NCBI GenBank assembly: GCA_951812955.1
Contig: OX638340.1
Span: 2,944,001 to 3,008,000 of the forward strand
Length of the DNA: 64,000 nucleotides
Reading direction: 5' to 3'
DNA from: an uncultured Gemmatimonadota bacterium
GTDB lineage: Bacteria; JAAXHH01
Shown here one piece after another: positions 30,181-39,232 of this stretch. Position numbers and translations under genes: made by a program. Numbering within the stretch: the stretch's first letter is position 1; each line of letters starts with the position of its first letter. A model generated the notes under the pieces. It was given only the letters and a program-made list of their open reading frames with translations. It did not search any database and was not told the origin of the DNA.

Positions 30181-32421
30181 ATGGTTAATCTAGTACAGTC
30201 GTTTACGAGCCAGTGGAAGCAGGCGACGTTTGCCAGTGTGATCATGACATTGATCCTCATTCCTTATAGCTTCGCACTCTCGGCACTGATATTCCACGGT
30301 CCGCTTCAATCATTCACCTTGCCCGGGACCGGCCTACTGATATACGGCGCATTGATCTCCTGCTTATTGTTTGCCCTGGCCGGCAGCCACCGTGGTGTGC
30401 TCGCCGGGCCACACGAAATCGCCGCCGCGGCGTTCGCAACGATGAGCGCCGCCGTTGGAGTGAGTATGGTGAACGCGCCTGCCGAAGCGACTTTCATGAC
30501 CATGATCACTCTGTTCATACTCACCAGTGTGATTACAGGCCTGATCTTCTTTGGGATCGGTATCAGCCGGCTGTCCTACTTGCTGCGTTTCATCCCCTAT
30601 CCGGTTGCGGCCGGGTGTTTCGCCGGTTTCGGCTGGATTCTCTGCGTGGCCGCCCTGTCTATGATGAGTTCGATGTCACTTGAATGGCATACACTTCCTC
30701 GCCTTTTCGATGCCGATACAGTTTGGAAATGGATACCTGGTATCGCATTCGGAGTCATTCTATTGGTTGTCACGCGACGCGGAAACGCCATTCCCGTTCT
30801 AATTTGGAGTTTCCTGATCCTCACCGGAGTTTTTCATCTGGTTCTTTACGTTTTTGGCATTTCGATTGAAACGGCCAAGTCGGCCAATCTCCTTTGGTCC
30901 GGAAGCGGCGTTACCGGCGGCTTATGGCCCGTGTTCGGCCTTGATGATTTCAGCCTCGTGGACTGGAACGTGGTTGGGGAGCAGATTCCAGCGGTCATGG
31001 TCGTTGTATTGCTCATGGTACTGTGCTTGCTATTGAATTCGAACATAATGGAGGTGGCCTCCGGCGAGGAAATCAATCTTGACAAGGAATTCCGCGTGGC
31101 CGGCGCGGCGGGCATAATTGCCGGGGCGGGAGGCAGTCTCCCGGGGATACACTTCCCGGTATTGTCATCGACATCGCAAAAGCTGGGCGCCGACACGCCG
31201 TGGACGGGAGTCCTGACCTCACTGTGGTTAGGGTTGACCCTGATCTTCGGCAGCGCGGTACTGGAACTGATCCCGATATCATTAACAGGTGGGTTGCTGT
31301 TCTTCATTGGCGTTGACCTGCTGAACAACTGGTTGATTAAAGTCCGCCGGAGGGTCAGTGGAATCGAACACGGCGTCATCATCCTCATGGCACTGGGTAT
31401 TGTCGTCTTCGGATTTGTCGAAGGCATAGGCATCGGGATGCTTGCCAGCCTTTGTCCTTTGGCCGTTCATCTCCTACGGCTGGAACCGGTTGTGTCGTTG
31501 GAGACTGGAACGGACCATCGCAGCGCCAGGGTCAGGTCCGTACCCGACCGGGGCATTCTCCTTGCGCATGCTGAGCGGATCAAGATCGTCCGGTTGTGCG
31601 GCTATATGTACTTCGTCATAAATTACCGGTTGATGAATCACCTTAAGAAACTTATGGGACAGTCGCCTTCTCCGAAGTTCATCGTGCTCGACTGCTCGGA
31701 GGTCAAGTGGTTCGATGCATCTGCGATCAGTACGTTATGCATGTTTCTCTATACCACCGGATCCAGCGGGGTACGGGTCTTGTTTGCAGCCCCTCCAGCT
31801 CAGCTTCAGTCAAGTCTGGCTCATGATCTTCCAGACGCGTTGCGGAGCAGGATCTGGTTTGAAAAGAATCTGGACCATGCGCTGGAACGATGTGAAGACG
31901 CAATCATCGCGTCTGAAATCCGAAAACACGACGTTTCTTCGGAGGACGACCGGACAAACCTGCTGGATCTCGTGGGCGATGTAATGGAAGACCATCTTGA
32001 TCGGCAGGTTCGCTTCGAAAACCTGGTCGAGCAACTTATGCCCTGGCTGAAAAAGTGCGAATACGATACGGGGGACATGCTGGCCGGATCGCGCAATCTT
32101 CACGACGGGATGCAGCTCGTCGTCAGTGGCCGGGTTTCGGTCTACGATGCAATGGGCGCGCGGCTCCGCCAATACGGGCCCGGCAATGTTGTTGAACCCA
32201 GGGCCGCGTTCGAATTGCTCCGACCCTCTTCCAGAGCCATTGCGGAAGAGCCCTGTGTAACGATGAAGCTAACACCAGGCCAGAGACGCGGCCTGGAATC
32301 TGAGGTGCCCGGTCTCATCTGTGACCTCTACGGATACATGCTGACCGACGACGCCTGGACCGCTTCAGTCACCCCTGGAGAGAATCATGGACTTTATCCG
32401 GAAGCGCAGAAGCAAGGGTAA
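30181..32421 (+). CDS. SulP/SLC26 family anion transporter with C-terminal STAS and cyclic-nucleotide-binding-like domain
   Basis: SulP TM core, a STAS block (KFIVLDCSEVKWFDASAI), then a cNMP-like beta-roll (GDMLAGSRNLHDGMQLVVSGRVSVYD...YGPGNVVEPRAAFELL). An upstream TTG at 30109 is a possible alternative start. Confidence 0.75.
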   Translation: MVNLVQSFTSQWKQATFASVIMTLILIPYSFALSALIFHGPLQSFTLPGTGLLIYGALISCLLFALAGSHRGVLAGPHEIAAAAFATMSAAVGVSMVNAPAEATFMTMITLFILTSVITGLIFFGIGISRLSYLLRFIPYPVAAGCFAGFGWILCVAALSMMSSMSLEWHTLPRLFDADTVWKWIPGIAFGVILLVVTRRGNAIPVLIWSFLILTGVFHLVLYVFGISIETAKSANLLWSGSGVTGGLWPVFGLDDFSLVDWNVVGEQIPAVMVVVLLMVLCLLLNSNIMEVASGEEINLDKEFRVAGAAGIIAGAGGSLPGIHFPVLSSTSQKLGADTPWTGVLTSLWLGLTLIFGSAVLELIPISLTGGLLFFIGVDLLNNWLIKVRRRVSGIEHGVIILMALGIVVFGFVEGIGIGMLASLCPLAVHLLRLEPVVSLETGTDHRSARVRSVPDRGILLAHAERIKIVRLCGYMYFVINYRLMNHLKKLMGQSPSPKFIVLDCSEVKWFDASAISTLCMFLYTTGSSGVRVLFAAPPAQLQSSLAHDLPDALRSRIWFEKNLDHALERCEDAIIASEIRKHDVSSEDDRTNLLDLVGDVMEDHLDRQVRFENLVEQLMPWLKKCEYDTGDMLAGSRNLHDGMQLVVSGRVSVYDAMGARLRQYGPGNVVEPRAAFELLRPSSRAIAEEPCVTMKLTPGQRRGLESEVPGLICDLYGYMLTDDAWTASVTPGENHGLYPEAQKQG

Positions 32422-34180
32422 GCCGGCTCGTAGCCTGGCCCTCATCGTCCTCATCCAATTGGCTACTCTGACGGCCTCCGCGCAGTACATGCCGGTCGGC
32501 CCCGATGACGTGGTCGACCTGTCGCCGGTCATATCCGGACGCCATTACCAGTACTGGCCGGGAGGGCAGGTCCACCACCAGCCCCTCGTCGTACCCTATA
32601 TCGTCCATGGCGACCGGCCCTGGGCATCGGACCTGATCATCCTGGACGAGAATACGGCGACGCAGACGGATACGCCGGCCCACATGATGCCGCCCCAGCA
32701 CAGCGGGCTGCCGAACGCCCACTACTGGGGCGATTTGACGGTGGAGAAAGTCCCGGCATGGCAACTGGTGGGCGAGGTGTACAAGATCGACGGCCGTTCC
32801 ATGCTGGACCAGGCTCCACCGGGCGTAAGCCCCCTGTTTACCATGGACCTGGTCAAGGCGGCCGAGGCAGCCCACAGGCCCATGGGGCCGGGCGATGCCG
32901 TTTTGTATTGGAGCGGCTACGACGACCGCCACGATCTGCCCGTGCCCGAGGACCGCCGCCTGATCGTCGAACCGGTCGGCGGGACGGTACCCGGATGGCC
33001 CGCGCCCGATTACGATGCGGCCGAATACGTGGGCAGCCGGGGGGTGTGGCTGATGGGCATCGACAGCCCGAGCATGGGCGGGCTGGGCCCACCGAAGTAC
33101 GCGGCACAGGGTCCAGAGGGCATGTTCGAGAATCCTCTCGCCCTGGAAAGCCATCTCGGCCACTTCAAGTATGGCGCCGTCCATACCGAGGGATTGATCA
33201 ACCTGGGCAGGACACCCAACGGTTCGATGTACATCGCCCTGCCGGTGAAGCACGAGAACTCCCCCACGGTTGAAACCCGGGCCGCGGCCATTGTCAACCC
33301 CGCCCTGGCCTCGAGCCTGCTCGAAGCCGTGAAGGCCAAACGCGTGGTCGACCTGTCCGTCACCCTGTCCATGGAGCATCCAGTCTGGTGGCCGGGCCGC
33401 GGCGTGGGCCGCCACGTCTTCCCCTATTCGAGGGTACAACCCGTAAACTACTTCGATGGACCCTTCGGACCGTACTGGGTCAACACCCACATCATGGATG
33501 CCCATACAGGAACCCATGTGGATCCGCCCGCGCACTACGGTCCTCCGCCCGGATTCGATGAAGCCGCCTTTGACGAAACGACCCGCAGGGCGTTACGGGA
33601 CTTCGAGGCCGCTCACGGAACGCTCAAGCGTACGGAGAGAACGTCGGACAGGATCCCGCTGCACTGGTTCATGGGTCCCGCCCGGGTCATCAACGTGCAG
33701 CATCTTGTGGGGACGACCTCGCGGGAAGACTGGCCGGCGTCACCGGTCATCACGGTGGAGGACGTCAGAAGGCACGAAAGGTTATACGGAGAAATCGAGG
33801 GTGGGGAAGTCGTGCTTTTCCAGACCGGCCATACGGACGCCCACTTCCGCCGTTTCGAGCGCGGCCGAACGGATCAGAGCATCAAATCGCCCCTGGACGG
33901 GCTGTCCGAGGGCTGGCCGGCGCCGGGTCCGGACGTCATCGCCTACCTGGCCGGGAAAGGCGTGAAGCACGTCGGCATCGATGCGCCCGACATGGGTTCG
34001 GTGGATCCGGTTGAATCGATGAAGACGCACTGGGCGGCGGTGAACCACGACATGATCTTCACAGAGTATCTGATTGGCGTGGGGCAGCTTCCGTCGAAAG
34101 GGGCGTTCTACGTCTTCCTGAGTCCCCGGCTCGAGAACAATCACGGCGGACCGGGAAGGGCCATTGCCATACTACCGTAG
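32387..34180 (+). CDS. Secreted tandem-duplicated cyclase-family protein (kynurenine formamidase/arylformamidase-like, two domains)
   Basis: Signal peptide, then two cyclase-like halves carrying an H-x-x-x-H-x-D-x-P-x-H-type motif (TDTPAHMMPP in half 1, HTGTHVDPPAHY in half 2). Confidence 0.6.
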   Translation: MDFIRKRRSKGKPARSLALIVLIQLATLTASAQYMPVGPDDVVDLSPVISGRHYQYWPGGQVHHQPLVVPYIVHGDRPWASDLIILDENTATQTDTPAHMMPPQHSGLPNAHYWGDLTVEKVPAWQLVGEVYKIDGRSMLDQAPPGVSPLFTMDLVKAAEAAHRPMGPGDAVLYWSGYDDRHDLPVPEDRRLIVEPVGGTVPGWPAPDYDAAEYVGSRGVWLMGIDSPSMGGLGPPKYAAQGPEGMFENPLALESHLGHFKYGAVHTEGLINLGRTPNGSMYIALPVKHENSPTVETRAAAIVNPALASSLLEAVKAKRVVDLSVTLSMEHPVWWPGRGVGRHVFPYSRVQPVNYFDGPFGPYWVNTHIMDAHTGTHVDPPAHYGPPPGFDEAAFDETTRRALRDFEAAHGTLKRTERTSDRIPLHWFMGPARVINVQHLVGTTSREDWPASPVITVEDVRRHERLYGEIEGGEVVLFQTGHTDAHFRRFERGRTDQSIKSPLDGLSEGWPAPGPDVIAYLAGKGVKHVGIDAPDMGSVDPVESMKTHWAAVNHDMIFTEYLIGVGQLPSKGAFYVFLSPRLENNHGGPGRAIAILP

Positions 34181-34196
34181 GAACGGGCGGCCGCCC

Positions 34197-34333
34197 CGCG
34201 CTCGACCGGTGGGTACGCAGCAACACTTACGCGCGCAAGTCCGGGCAGTGCGCGGCCGCACCGGTCCGGTCGGTACGCTGTACCTCCGCGCTCGACAGGT
34301 GGGTACGAAGCCACTCTTTGCCGCGCAGGTCCG
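34197..34333. repeat. Two imperfect ~48-bp direct repeats (period ~90 bp) in the convergent intergenic region
   Basis: CGCGCTCGACCGGTGGGTACGCAGCAACACTTACGCGCGCAAGTCCGG versus CGCGCTCGACAGGTGGGTACGAAGCCACTCTTTGCCGCGCAGGTCCG. Confidence 0.6.
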
Positions 34334-34358
34334 TATCCGCGTGTGGTAAAGCGGCGTC

Positions 34359-34937
34359 TTACGAATCCTCCGCGTCCCGCCCAATCCCCAGGGCGTCCGC
34401 AACGCGGTTGATGTAGTTGAACCACGACGCGATCAATGTGATCTGAAGGATGGCGACGTCGTCGAATCCTACGGACCGTAATCCATCGATATCGGTTTTC
34501 TGAATTCTCGTGGCATCCTCGGTGAGCCGGATGACGAAATCCAGCATCGCCCGATCCTGCTTTTCCAGCGGCGCACTGTCGTAATCGTACTTGAGTGATT
34601 CAACCAGCTCGCTGTCCAACGTGACCCGACGCAGAAACTCTGCGTGCGAGTCAATTCAGTAAACGCACCGGTTAACCGATGAGACCACGGTCGAGATCAT
34701 CTCGTGCTGGCGGCGGTTCAATGGAAGGTCGGGCGACATCAGCACGCCGAAGGTGGCGAAGGCGTGATGCAGCGCGTCCGGGATCAGCGAATGGGATGCC
34801 ACGATCCCGGAGGTGCCGTCTCCTGTGGGGTGCACCGGCGTGTCGTACTCCGCGGGATAGAGCGATCGCTGCGCCTCGAGGGCGGCGAGCAGCCGGTCAT
34901 CCCCTTCTGTCGCGGATATCGTCTTGATCCAGGCCAT
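34359..34937 (-). CDS. AhpD-like / carboxymuconolactone-decarboxylase-family peroxidase-related protein with in-frame UGA (putative selenocysteine) at 34653-34655
   Basis: ORFs 34656..34937 and 34359..34619 lie in the same frame, separated only by TGA. Joined, they read ...VSSVNRCVY-[TGA][11 protein letters not shown].., which matches the CMD-family motif N-x-C-x-Y-C-x-x-x-H with TGA at the second Cys. Confidence 0.6.
34620..34649 (-). promoter_or_regulatory. Candidate bacterial SECIS hairpin immediately 3' of the UGA
   Basis: RNA sequence GACUCG-C-ACGCAG-AGUUU-CUGCGU-CGGGUC forms a 12-bp stem with one bulge and an apical loop containing GU. It starts 4 nt after the UGA, with the loop G at about +18. 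Confidence 0.45.
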
Positions 34938-36279
34938 GATCTTCTCCTGTATTGCTCGTTTGCGTGGATTGATTCCGAAACACGAGATAGTACACCGGAA
35001 TTCCCAGTGCGGTCACCCCCACGCCGATCATGGCCTGCAGCGGACTGTTGCCGAGCAGCAACAGCAGCACCACAGCAGCAAGGAGAAGAAACACGATCGG
35101 GGTGAAGGGATAAAGCGGGACCCGGTACGGCGGCATGTCCGGCCGTTTTCTGCGTATCACGAACATGCCCGCCACGGTCAGGGCGATAAACAGCACGGCG
35201 ACAAAGATGAAGTAATTCAGTATTTGCGTGAAGGTTCCCAGCCACACCAGCAGGGAGGCCAGTCCCCCCTGGATGGAGATCGCGAGATAGGGCGTGCCGA
35301 ATGTGGGATGGACCGTGCTGGCGAAACGGAGGAAGACGCCGTCCGTGGCCATGGCGTAGTATACCCTTGGCGCCATCAACAACAACCCGGTGAGACTGCC
35401 GACGATGGAGAGGATGACCACGGAGGAGAATAGGATGCCCCCGCTTCTTCCGAACAGCACCTCGCCGGCCTGGGCCGCGAAAGTCTCGTCGCTGGTGACC
35501 TGGGAGACCGGCACGAGATACATGAAGACGGCGCTCGTGGAGATATAGGTCAACGCGACAATAACCACGGCCAGTAGCAACGCCCTGGGCAGGGTCTTGG
35601 CCGGATCGCGGATTTCGCCGGCCACCTTGTTCAGATCCCACCAGCCGGCGAAGGCGAAGAATGCGCCCACGATGCCGCCCGCGAGCGCGCCGAACAGCGG
35701 TCCAGAGTCCGCGGGCCGTGCCACGAAGGGGGTGAAATTCGACCAGTCGCCGAGGCCCAGGCCGAAGCCCAGGATGGATATGACGGCGAGTACACCGACC
35801 TTGAAAATCGTCAGCAGGACGATGATCAACGCGCCGATGCGCACGCCGTAGATGTTCACTCCGGTGAGGACGATCAACACGGCGATGGCGAACATCTTCA
35901 TCGCGGCCGGCTCCATCGGATAGATGTGGGCCGCGTAACTCGCCATGCCGGTCGCCAGGGTCGCCGTGATTCCCGGATCCAGCACCATAAGCGACATCCA
36001 GCCGTACAGGAAGGCGGTCCGGGTGCCGTAAGCCTCGCGAAGATAGACGTATCCGCCACCCGCGTGGGGAAACCGGGAAGCCAGTTCTCCAAAGCAAAGC
36101 GATCCGCTCAGGGCCATCCCTGCCATCGCCAGCCAGATGACGAGCAGTAGCAGGGGGGATCCCAAAGACTTGGCCATCCCGGCGGGTACCAGGAATATGC
36201 CCACGGCGATCATGCCGCTGATCACCATCGCCGTGGTCGGCCAGATACCCAGTTGTCGACGCAGGTTACCCGAGGTCAT
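34897..36279 (-). CDS. APC superfamily amino acid/polyamine permease
   Basis: 460 aa, 12 TM segments, N-terminal AMVISGMIAVGIF signature. Confidence 0.85.
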   Translation of the reverse strand: MTSGNLRRQLGIWPTTAMVISGMIAVGIFLVPAGMAKSLGSPLLLLVIWLAMAGMALSGSLCFGELASRFPHAGGGYVYLREAYGTRTAFLYGWMSLMVLDPGITATLATGMASYAAHIYPMEPAAMKMFAIAVLIVLTGVNIYGVRIGALIIVLLTIFKVGVLAVISILGFGLGLGDWSNFTPFVARPADSGPLFGALAGGIVGAFFAFAGWWDLNKVAGEIRDPAKTLPRALLLAVVIVALTYISTSAVFMYLVPVSQVTSDETFAAQAGEVLFGRSGGILFSSVVILSIVGSLTGLLLMAPRVYYAMATDGVFLRFASTVHPTFGTPYLAISIQGGLASLLVWLGTFTQILNYFIFVAVLFIALTVAGMFVIRRKRPDMPPYRVPLYPFTPIVFLLLAAVVLLLLLGNSPLQAMIGVGVTALGIPVYYLVFRNQSTQTSNTGEDHGLDQDDIRDRRG

Positions 36280-36318
36280 GAAGAAGGTTTCATTGAGGCC
36301 GCGGTATGGACCGGTTGC

Positions 36319-37122
36319 TCACACCAGTTCAGGTTCGTTTTCGATCCGGCTCAACCAGTAGTGGTTGTCGAACTGGTCGTCTCCGGTCAGGAATCGCCAG
36401 AAGTGGATACGATTGACGTGTTCGATGCGTTCCTCGTTCCCGTGCCAGGGCTGGTTCGTACTTAAAATATGGTTTACTTCCGGGTCGTCGATGTCGTCCG
36501 TATTCCACAGACGCAGCTGCCGGACCGTGGGGTTGAGGCGCAGTTTGAACATGTAACGCTTTTCGTCGGTCCGGTTCGGCTGGGCGCAGTGCCACATGCC
36601 GTGATGGAGGACGATTACCGTCCCGGCCTTGCACACCATGGGTACCTGCCCCACGAAGTTGTGATACCGGGCGATGTCGGATTCACTGATCCGGCGGTAG
36701 TGGCTTCCGGGCAGGATCAACGTTCCGCCCATCTCCCTGGGCGTATCGTGGGCGAAATACATGAACTGGATGTCGAAATGCTTCCGCGTGTCGATAATGG
36801 CGTCCGCGTGCCAGTGCTGTCCGAAATGGTGGCCCGCCGCCACGGTGTGCACGGCATGGTGGTCGTACAGCGGGTCCTTTCCCACGAGACTGTGGATGAT
36901 ACCTTCGATCTCCGGCAGCCTGAACACACGTCCCACGGCCGTATCGTTCCAGATCGTGCTCAGGGGCGAACCCGCTTCTTCCCGGGGTACGGCCTGGTCG
37001 TCCATCTCCCGTTTAACGGCACGGTTGAGCTCATCGGGAACCAGTTCATCGAAGCGGAGATATCCTTCCGCGACAAACCGGGCCATCTGCTTGGAATTCA
37101 ATAGATGGGTGCTGTCAGCCAT
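36319..37122 (-). CDS. Phytanoyl-CoA dioxygenase (PhyH) family oxygenase
   Basis: HWHADAI (H-x-D) motif, a distal His (HHGMWH) and Arg. Confidence 0.8.
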   Translation of the reverse strand: MADSTHLLNSKQMARFVAEGYLRFDELVPDELNRAVKREMDDQAVPREEAGSPLSTIWNDTAVGRVFRLPEIEGIIHSLVGKDPLYDHHAVHTVAAGHHFGQHWHADAIIDTRKHFDIQFMYFAHDTPREMGGTLILPGSHYRRISESDIARYHNFVGQVPMVCKAGTVIVLHHGMWHCAQPNRTDEKRYMFKLRLNPTVRQLRLWNTDDIDDPEVNHILSTNQPWHGNEERIEHVNRIHFWRFLTGDDQFDNHYWLSRIENEPELV

Positions 37123-37423
37123 CGACCACCTCCATTTTTTCGAGTATGTACTCGTACTTGAGATAGGACACCTGGTATTCCGTACCCGGATAGGCCGGGT
37201 ACTGCTGGGGAAACTGTACGACCCGCCAGCCGTCTCTCATGGCGTCTACCACCGAATCGTAAGGTGGATTCGTAGCGCCGCCGGAGTCGGCCGCATCGCC
37301 CGAGGTGTGCCGCTCGTCGGCAGACGCGGTCCCATCGTATTCGGACCAGGCCACGACGCCGGCATGCAGGTCGGGAGTCCGCAGATAGAGCACCAGCAGC
37401 TTCTGACGTGATTCTGACATCAT
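37115..37423 (-). CDS. Hypothetical protein (102 aa), 8-nt overlap with downstream PhyH gene
   Basis: Co-directional ORF overlapping the next gene. No family recognised. Confidence 0.4.
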   Translation of the reverse strand: MMSESRQKLLVLYLRTPDLHAGVVAWSEYDGTASADERHTSGDAADSGGATNPPYDSVVDAMRDGWRVVQFPQQYPAYPGTEYQVSYLKYEYILEKMEVVDG

Positions 37424-37435
37424 GTTCCTTTCAGG

Positions 37436-37927
37436 TCATCCGGTTCCCGTGATGCGCTCGATCGTGCCGGTGGTGGACATTCCATCCATCACAGGTACCC
37501 TTTCCACGCGGCCGCCGTAGGCTTCCACCACGTCCCAACCCACCACTTCTTCGTGACCGTAGTGGCCTCCTTTGACGAGGATATCCGGTTTGAGCAGGAG
37601 GAGGAGGGGGATGGGGGTCGGTTCTTGAAAGAGGACCACGTGATCCACGCAGGCCAGGGCACCGAGCATGAAAGCCCGTTCCGATTCGTCGTATATCGGG
37701 CGTCCCTCGTCCTTGATCGTCCGGACGGAATCGTCGGTATTTATAGCCACGATCAGCAGGTCGCCGAATGAGCGCGCGGTCTGCAGCAGGTGGACGTGGC
37801 CGGGATGGAGCAAATCGAAACACCCGTTCGTAAACACGACAGTGCTGCCCTTCTGTCGTACGCGCTCCACCACCTTTGCAAGTTCATCGCGCTCGATGAG
37901 TTTGCCACAGGGTTGGCGAAGGTGCAT
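37436..37927 (-). CDS. D-glycero-beta-D-manno-heptose 1-phosphate adenylyltransferase (RfaE domain II / HldE C-domain, cytidylyltransferase-like)
   Basis: VVFTNGCFDLLHPGHVHLL nucleotidyltransferase motif. Confidence 0.85.
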   Translation of the reverse strand: MHLRQPCGKLIERDELAKVVERVRQKGSTVVFTNGCFDLLHPGHVHLLQTARSFGDLLIVAINTDDSVRTIKDEGRPIYDESERAFMLGALACVDHVVLFQEPTPIPLLLLLKPDILVKGGHYGHEEVVGWDVVEAYGGRVERVPVMDGMSTTGTIERITGTG

Positions 37928-38039
37928 AGCGGACCACAGGGTGCAATGAACGGGTAAGCCGGGCTGTTCTTGATGTAATATCGCGGGAGCCGGGAACTGT
38001 CAACCTAAATTACCAGCAGGAAGCCGTGAGATCTCGAGT

Positions 38040-39140
38040 TCAGGACCGCACGAACACCATGCCGGGCAACTGACGTACCGCGCCTTTGAGTTCGAGCGCC
38101 AGCAGAACGCCAAGGGCCTGCGACGAGGTGAGGGACTGGCCGGAAGCCAATTGATCGATGTGTTTCGGTTCCGACGATACCCGGCTGTACATGTTTTCTT
38201 CCTCGGACGACAGGTCGAACGACGGGGCAACCGGTCTGCGTTCGACCTTCGCAGGATCGAAATCGAGGTGCGGAGCCAGTTCTTCCACCACGTCCTCGAT
38301 CCGCTGGATCAGCTTGGCCGTGCCGTCTTTGATCAGCCTGTTGACCCCCTCGCTGCAGGGGGCTTTCAGCGGACCGGGAACGGCAAAGACCTCGCGGCCC
38401 TGGTCCAGGGCGAATCGGGCGGTGATCAGCGCTCCGCTGTTTTCTCCGGCCTCCACCACGACCGTACCCAGCGTTGATCCGCTGATGATCCGGTTCCGCT
38501 GGGGGAAATTTACCGCGTCCGGACCCGTACCGAAAGGATGTTCCGTCATCACGGCGCCATGGTCCCTGATCGATGCCATCAACTTACGGTTTTCCGCGGG
38601 ATAGGGCCTGTCCAGCCCCGATCCCAGCACAGCTACGGTACGGCCGTTCCCCTTCAGGGCCGTCCTGTGCGCGAGCGTGTCCACGCCACGGGCCATGCCG
38701 CTTACGACGGTGAAACCGTGCGCGCTCAGCTCGGCGCTGAACTCCTCGGCAATTCTCCGGCCGTAGGAAGAGGCATTCCGCGTTCCCACGATGGCGATGG
38801 ACTGTTCGTCCTTCGTCTCCCAGCGGCCGGAAACGAACAGCAACGGCGGTGGATCGTATATCTCGCGAAGCCGCCCAGGATATTCCTGGTGTTGGAAGGT
38901 GACGATTTGCGCGTCATACCGTTCCAGGAGTCGCAACTGGCGGTCGACAAAGGCCTGGTCCCGGTGGGTGCGTATCGCCCGGGCAATCTGCGGACCCAGC
39001 CCCGCTATCGCGGTCAATTCGTCCGTGGGAGCGGAAAGGGCGGCAGCGGGCGTCCCGAACTTGCGGAGCAATGCCTGGTACCGCGCCGCGCCTACACCCG
39101 GTACGCGGGCCAGTGTGAGCCAGGATGCCAGATCCGACAT
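38040..39140 (-). CDS. dprA: DNA-processing protein DprA (Smf)
   Basis: VVSGMARGVDTLAHRTAL ... VVVEAGENSGALITARFALDQGREVFAVPG Rossmann-like DprA core. Confidence 0.88.
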   Translation of the reverse strand: MSDLASWLTLARVPGVGAARYQALLRKFGTPAAALSAPTDELTAIAGLGPQIARAIRTHRDQAFVDRQLRLLERYDAQIVTFQHQEYPGRLREIYDPPPLLFVSGRWETKDEQSIAIVGTRNASSYGRRIAEEFSAELSAHGFTVVSGMARGVDTLAHRTALKGNGRTVAVLGSGLDRPYPAENRKLMASIRDHGAVMTEHPFGTGPDAVNFPQRNRIISGSTLGTVVVEAGENSGALITARFALDQGREVFAVPGPLKAPCSEGVNRLIKDGTAKLIQRIEDVVEELAPHLDFDPAKVERRPVAPSFDLSSEEENMYSRVSSEPKHIDQLASGQSLTSSQALGVLLALELKGAVRQLPGMVFVRS

Positions 39141-39232
39141 GGACAGATCCTTACAAATCGTGCATTCGAAGCAGGTTCGCTTGGCAGGGGTCAGGTGGCA
39201 AACGTCTGAGCGTGCGGTTCTCCGACTTAATT

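Noticed and set aside
34164-34349. 61-aa Arg-rich ORF in the convergent intergenic region
   Set aside because: Its repetitive amino-acid sequence simply reflects the two 48-bp DNA repeats. It has no RBS and lies between two convergent gene ends.
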